From an uncultured Ignavibacterium sp. (GTDB lineage: Bacteria; Bacteroidota; Ignavibacteria; Ch128b), in assembly GCA_964454895.1 (NCBI GenBank), contig CAYVTW010000007.1, forward strand, positions 12,338-76,337: a stretch of 64,000 nucleotides of DNA, written 5' to 3'. The translations under genes and the position numbers were made by a program. This document shows, piece by piece, positions 61,363-64,000 of this stretch (position 1 is its first letter; the number at the start of each line of letters is the position of its first letter). Under the pieces are notes generated by a model. It was not told where the DNA came from. It worked only from the letters and a program-made list of their open reading frames with translations, and searched no databases.

Positions 61363-64000
61363 TTAATCAATAGTTTTTTTACTTTTCACCTTACTTGTTT
61401 CTGTCGTTACTCTTGTTTCTGTAATAAATTCTGGTGTTGTAAGAACAATATTTCTAAATTCTTTAAGTCCAGTTCCTGCTGGAATTTTATGACCAATCAC
61501 AACATTTTCTTTCAAACCGAGCAAGTGGTCAGTTTTTGCTTCGGTTGCAGCATCTGTTAACACCTTCGTAGTTTCTTGGAATGATGCTGCCGATAGGAAG
61601 CTTTCGGTGGATAATGCAGCAGCAGTAATACCCAGTAAAACTGGTTCTGAAGTAGCTGGTTGAGCGTCTCTATATTCAATGAGCTTCTTGTTTCTTTTTC
61701 GCAGTTCGATATTGGCATCCCTTACCTTGTTCTTTTCTACAACCTGACCATTTCTAAATCTAGAATCCCCTCTATTCAAAACAACAACTGACTGCTCAAC
61801 CTTTTTATTTTCTTCAGCTAACATATATCTATCAACAAGATCATTTTCAAGGAACTTTGTATCACCCGGATCGAGTATTCTAACTTTTTGAAGCATTTGC
61901 TTAACAATGATCTCGATGTGTTTATCATTTATTTTAACACCTTGAAGTCGGTATACTTCTTGGATTTCATTTACTAGAAACTCCTGAACAGCATTTGGTC
62001 CTTTAATACGTAATATATCATGAGGATCTAAATCACCATCAGTGAGTTTATCACCAGCTTTTACTGTGTCACCATTTTGAACAAGGACATGTTTACCAAC
62101 CGAGATAGAATATGTTTTCTGCGTAAGTCCATCGATTGAAGTGATTATGATATCGCGAGTACCTTTTCTTTGAGAACCAAAAGATACAACACCATCGAAC
62201 TCTGCGACAATAGCAGGATCGTGCGGTCTTCTAGCTTCAAATAATTCCGTTACTCTTGGTAATCCACCAGTGATATCTCTTGTTTTTCCTATCTCTCGTG
62301 GGATTTTAGCTAATACAGTACCTGCTTTTATTTCTTGACCTTCTCTTACAACTAAGTGAGCTTTTGCAGGAATTATTATTTCATGATTATTTACACCGTT
62401 CCTAATGATAATCTTTGGAACTAACGATTTATCTTTAGATTCAATGACGACTTGCTGAATGTGACCGGTTTGCTCATCACTTTCATGACGGAAGGTAATA
62501 TTCTCAACCATATCCTGAAATTCAACGATACCATCCGCCTCTGAAATTATTAATGCATTATATGGATCATGGTTATATAATATAGTTCCTCTTTCAACTT
62601 TCTGTCCATTTTCAATTAGTATCTCTGCTCCAAAAGGTACTTCATATCTTCTTAGAACACGACCATCATTATCAATAATACCAATTATACCATTTCTCGT
62701 TAATGATACTTTTACTTTTTCACCAAATTCATTGGATTTTTCGACGAATTTTAGATTTTCAAAAAATGCTTTTCCTTCAAATCTTGAGGTAACTTGCGAT
62801 GTTTCTACTATCCTGCTAGCAGCACCACCAATATGGAATGTTCTCAAAGTTAACTGAGTACCAGGTTCACCAATAGATTGTGCTGCAATTATACCTACTG
62901 CTTCACCAACATCAACCAGTTTTCCAGTCGTTAAGTTTCTTCCGTAACATTTAGCACATACACCTCTTCGGCTTTCGCATGTCAAAACTGTTCTGATTTT
63001 AACACTTTCTAGAGTTGATTCTCCAATTCGTTCTGCAATTTCTTCGGTTATCAATTCACCACTTTCGCAAAGGAGGTCATTAGTAATAGGATCGATAATA
63101 TCGACAAGAGCAACTCTACCAAGAATTCTTTCAGAAAGTGGTTCTCTAATTTCTTCTCCATCTTTAAGAGCTGTTATTTCTACGCCTCGAATTGTTCCAC
63201 AATCATGTTCAGTTACAACAACATCTTGCGAAACATCGACAAGTCTTCTTGTTAAGTATCCAGCATCAGCAGTTTTTAATGCAGTATCAGCAAGACCTTT
63301 TCGGGCACCATGTGTAGAAATAAAGTATTCAATAACAGAGAGACCTTCTTTGAAATTTGAAATGATCGGGCTCTCAATAATTTCACCAGCTTGACCAGTT
63401 AAGCTCTTTTGTGGTTTTGCCATCAATCCTCGCATACCTGCTAATTGACGGACCTGTTCTTTTGAACCGCGAGCTCCTGAATCAATCATCATCCATAGTG
63501 GATTAAAACCTTGCTGTGATTTTTTAAGTGTATCAATTAAAGCATCTGCAACATTGTTTGTCGTATGAGTCCAAATATCGATTATCTTATTATATCTTTC
63601 ACCTTCAGATATGTAACCTTCTTGCCACTGATTTAAAACTTTTTTCACTTCTTTATTAGATTTTTCTACAAATTGCCATTTTATCTCAGGAACAATCATA
63701 TCTTCAACATTGATAGAAATTCCACCAATTGTCGCGAATTTGAAACCAATATCTTTCAAATCATCAAGAAATTTGGCAGTTCGAACGTTACCAAGTTTTC
63801 TAAACATCTTACCGATTAACGCACCGAACGATTTTTTAACTAACAATTCGTTAATGTATCCCATTTCTTTAGGGACAATTTGATTGAAAATTACTCTACC
63901 AACCGAAGTCTCGATTAGTTCATTCTCAACTCTTACCTTAATTCTAGCATGTAATCCAACTTTTTTATTTTCGTATGCAATTAAAACTTCATCTGGAGAG
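61363..64000 (-). CDS. rpoC: Partial gene: C-terminal roughly 880 aa of DNA-directed RNA polymerase beta-prime subunit. The gene continues beyond the window end.
   Basis: Beta-prime C-terminal blocks. The reading frame stays open to the window edge upstream of the ORF-track Met at 63864. Confidence 0.95.
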   Translation of the reverse strand, partial: SPDEVLIAYENKKVGLHARIKVRVENELIETSVGRVIFNQIVPKEMGYINELLVKKSFGALIGKMFRKLGNVRTAKFLDDLKDIGFKFATIGGISINVEDMIVPEIKWQFVEKSNKEVKKVLNQWQEGYISEGERYNKIIDIWTHTTNNVADALIDTLKKSQQGFNPLWMMIDSGARGSKEQVRQLAGMRGLMAKPQKSLTGQAGEIIESPIISNFKEGLSVIEYFISTHGARKGLADTALKTADAGYLTRRLVDVSQDVVVTEHDCGTIRGVEITALKDGEEIREPLSERILGRVALVDIIDPITNDLLCESGELITEEIAERIGESTLESVKIRTVLTCESRRGVCAKCYGRNLTTGKLVDVGEAVGIIAAQSIGEPGTQLTLRTFHIGGAASRIVETSQVTSRFEGKAFFENLKFVEKSNEFGEKVKVSLTRNGIIGIIDNDGRVLRRYEVPFGAEILIENGQKVERGTILYNHDPYNALIISEADGIVEFQDMVENITFRHESDEQTGHIQQVVIESKDKSLVPKIIIRNGVNNHEIIIPAKAHLVVREGQEIKAGTVLAKIPREIGKTRDITGGLPRVTELFEARRPHDPAIVAEFDGVVSFGSQRKGTRDIIITSIDGLTQKTYSISVGKHVLVQNGDTVKAGDKLTDGDLDPHDILRIKGPNAVQEFLVNEIQEVYRLQGVKINDKHIEIIVKQMLQKVRILDPGDTKFLENDLVDRYMLAEENKKVEQSVVVLNRGDSRFRNGQVVEKNKVRDANIELRKRNKKLIEYRDAQPATSEPVLLGITAAALSTESFLSAASFQETTKVLTDAATEAKTDHLLGLKENVVIGHKIPAGTGLKEFRNIVLTTPEFITETRVTTETSKVKSKKTID

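Noticed and set aside
1-64000. CRISPR arrays, IS elements, integrases, phage genes
   Set aside because: No direct-repeat/spacer periodicity, transposase, integrase or terminal inverted repeats were seen. The window is core chromosome.

Overview
This is a low-GC (~33%) bacterial chromosomal window, almost entirely coding, with most genes on the minus strand. It is probably from the FCB group (Ignavibacteria/Chlorobi-like). The clues are an rpoC-rpsL-rpsG-fusA-tuf-rpsJ order with tuf inside the str/S10 block, a short ~285-aa sigma-70, ribosomal protein Thx, and extended L5 and L17.

**Layout (coordinates 1-based):**
- 1-22.7 kb, all minus strand: a partial P5C dehydrogenase gene, a secreted hypothetical protein, clpX, a TPR protein, serS, leuS, the small thx gene (found by hand), a MoxR ATPase, three SurA/PpiD-type periplasmic chaperones, metG, an AI-2E transporter, the nifU-like-mrp Fe-S pair, and fur-feoA-feoB.
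- 22.7-28 kb, plus strand: an oxidative-stress/redox island (dodecin, peroxiredoxin, membrane protein, Bcp, rubrerythrin-like protein, a hypothetical) followed by a pterin cluster (PTPS/QueD, GTP cyclohydrolase I, two short-chain dehydrogenases).
- 28-36.5 kb: a Spy/CpxP-like periplasmic protein, an acyl-CoA ligase, an AbgT transporter, the B12-dependent ribonucleotide reductase NrdJ, and an NlpC/P60 peptidase.
- 36.5-42.3 kb, minus strand: one very tightly packed gene string, engB / GAF-degenerate-GGDEF sensor / deoB / 82-aa ORF / PIN-domain protein / two tandem EutN-CcmL-PduN BMC vertex paralogs / rpoD. No BMC shell genes are visible in the window. This is the most unusual locus here.
- 42.3-64 kb, minus strand: a contiguous ribosomal super-operon running rpoC (partial at the window edge), str, S10, spc and alpha blocks. 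It contains a hand-found rpmJ and a tRNA (anticodon UUG, Gln) sitting between rpsE and rplR.

No CRISPR arrays, IS elements or integrases were seen. Several rho-independent terminators are visible by eye.
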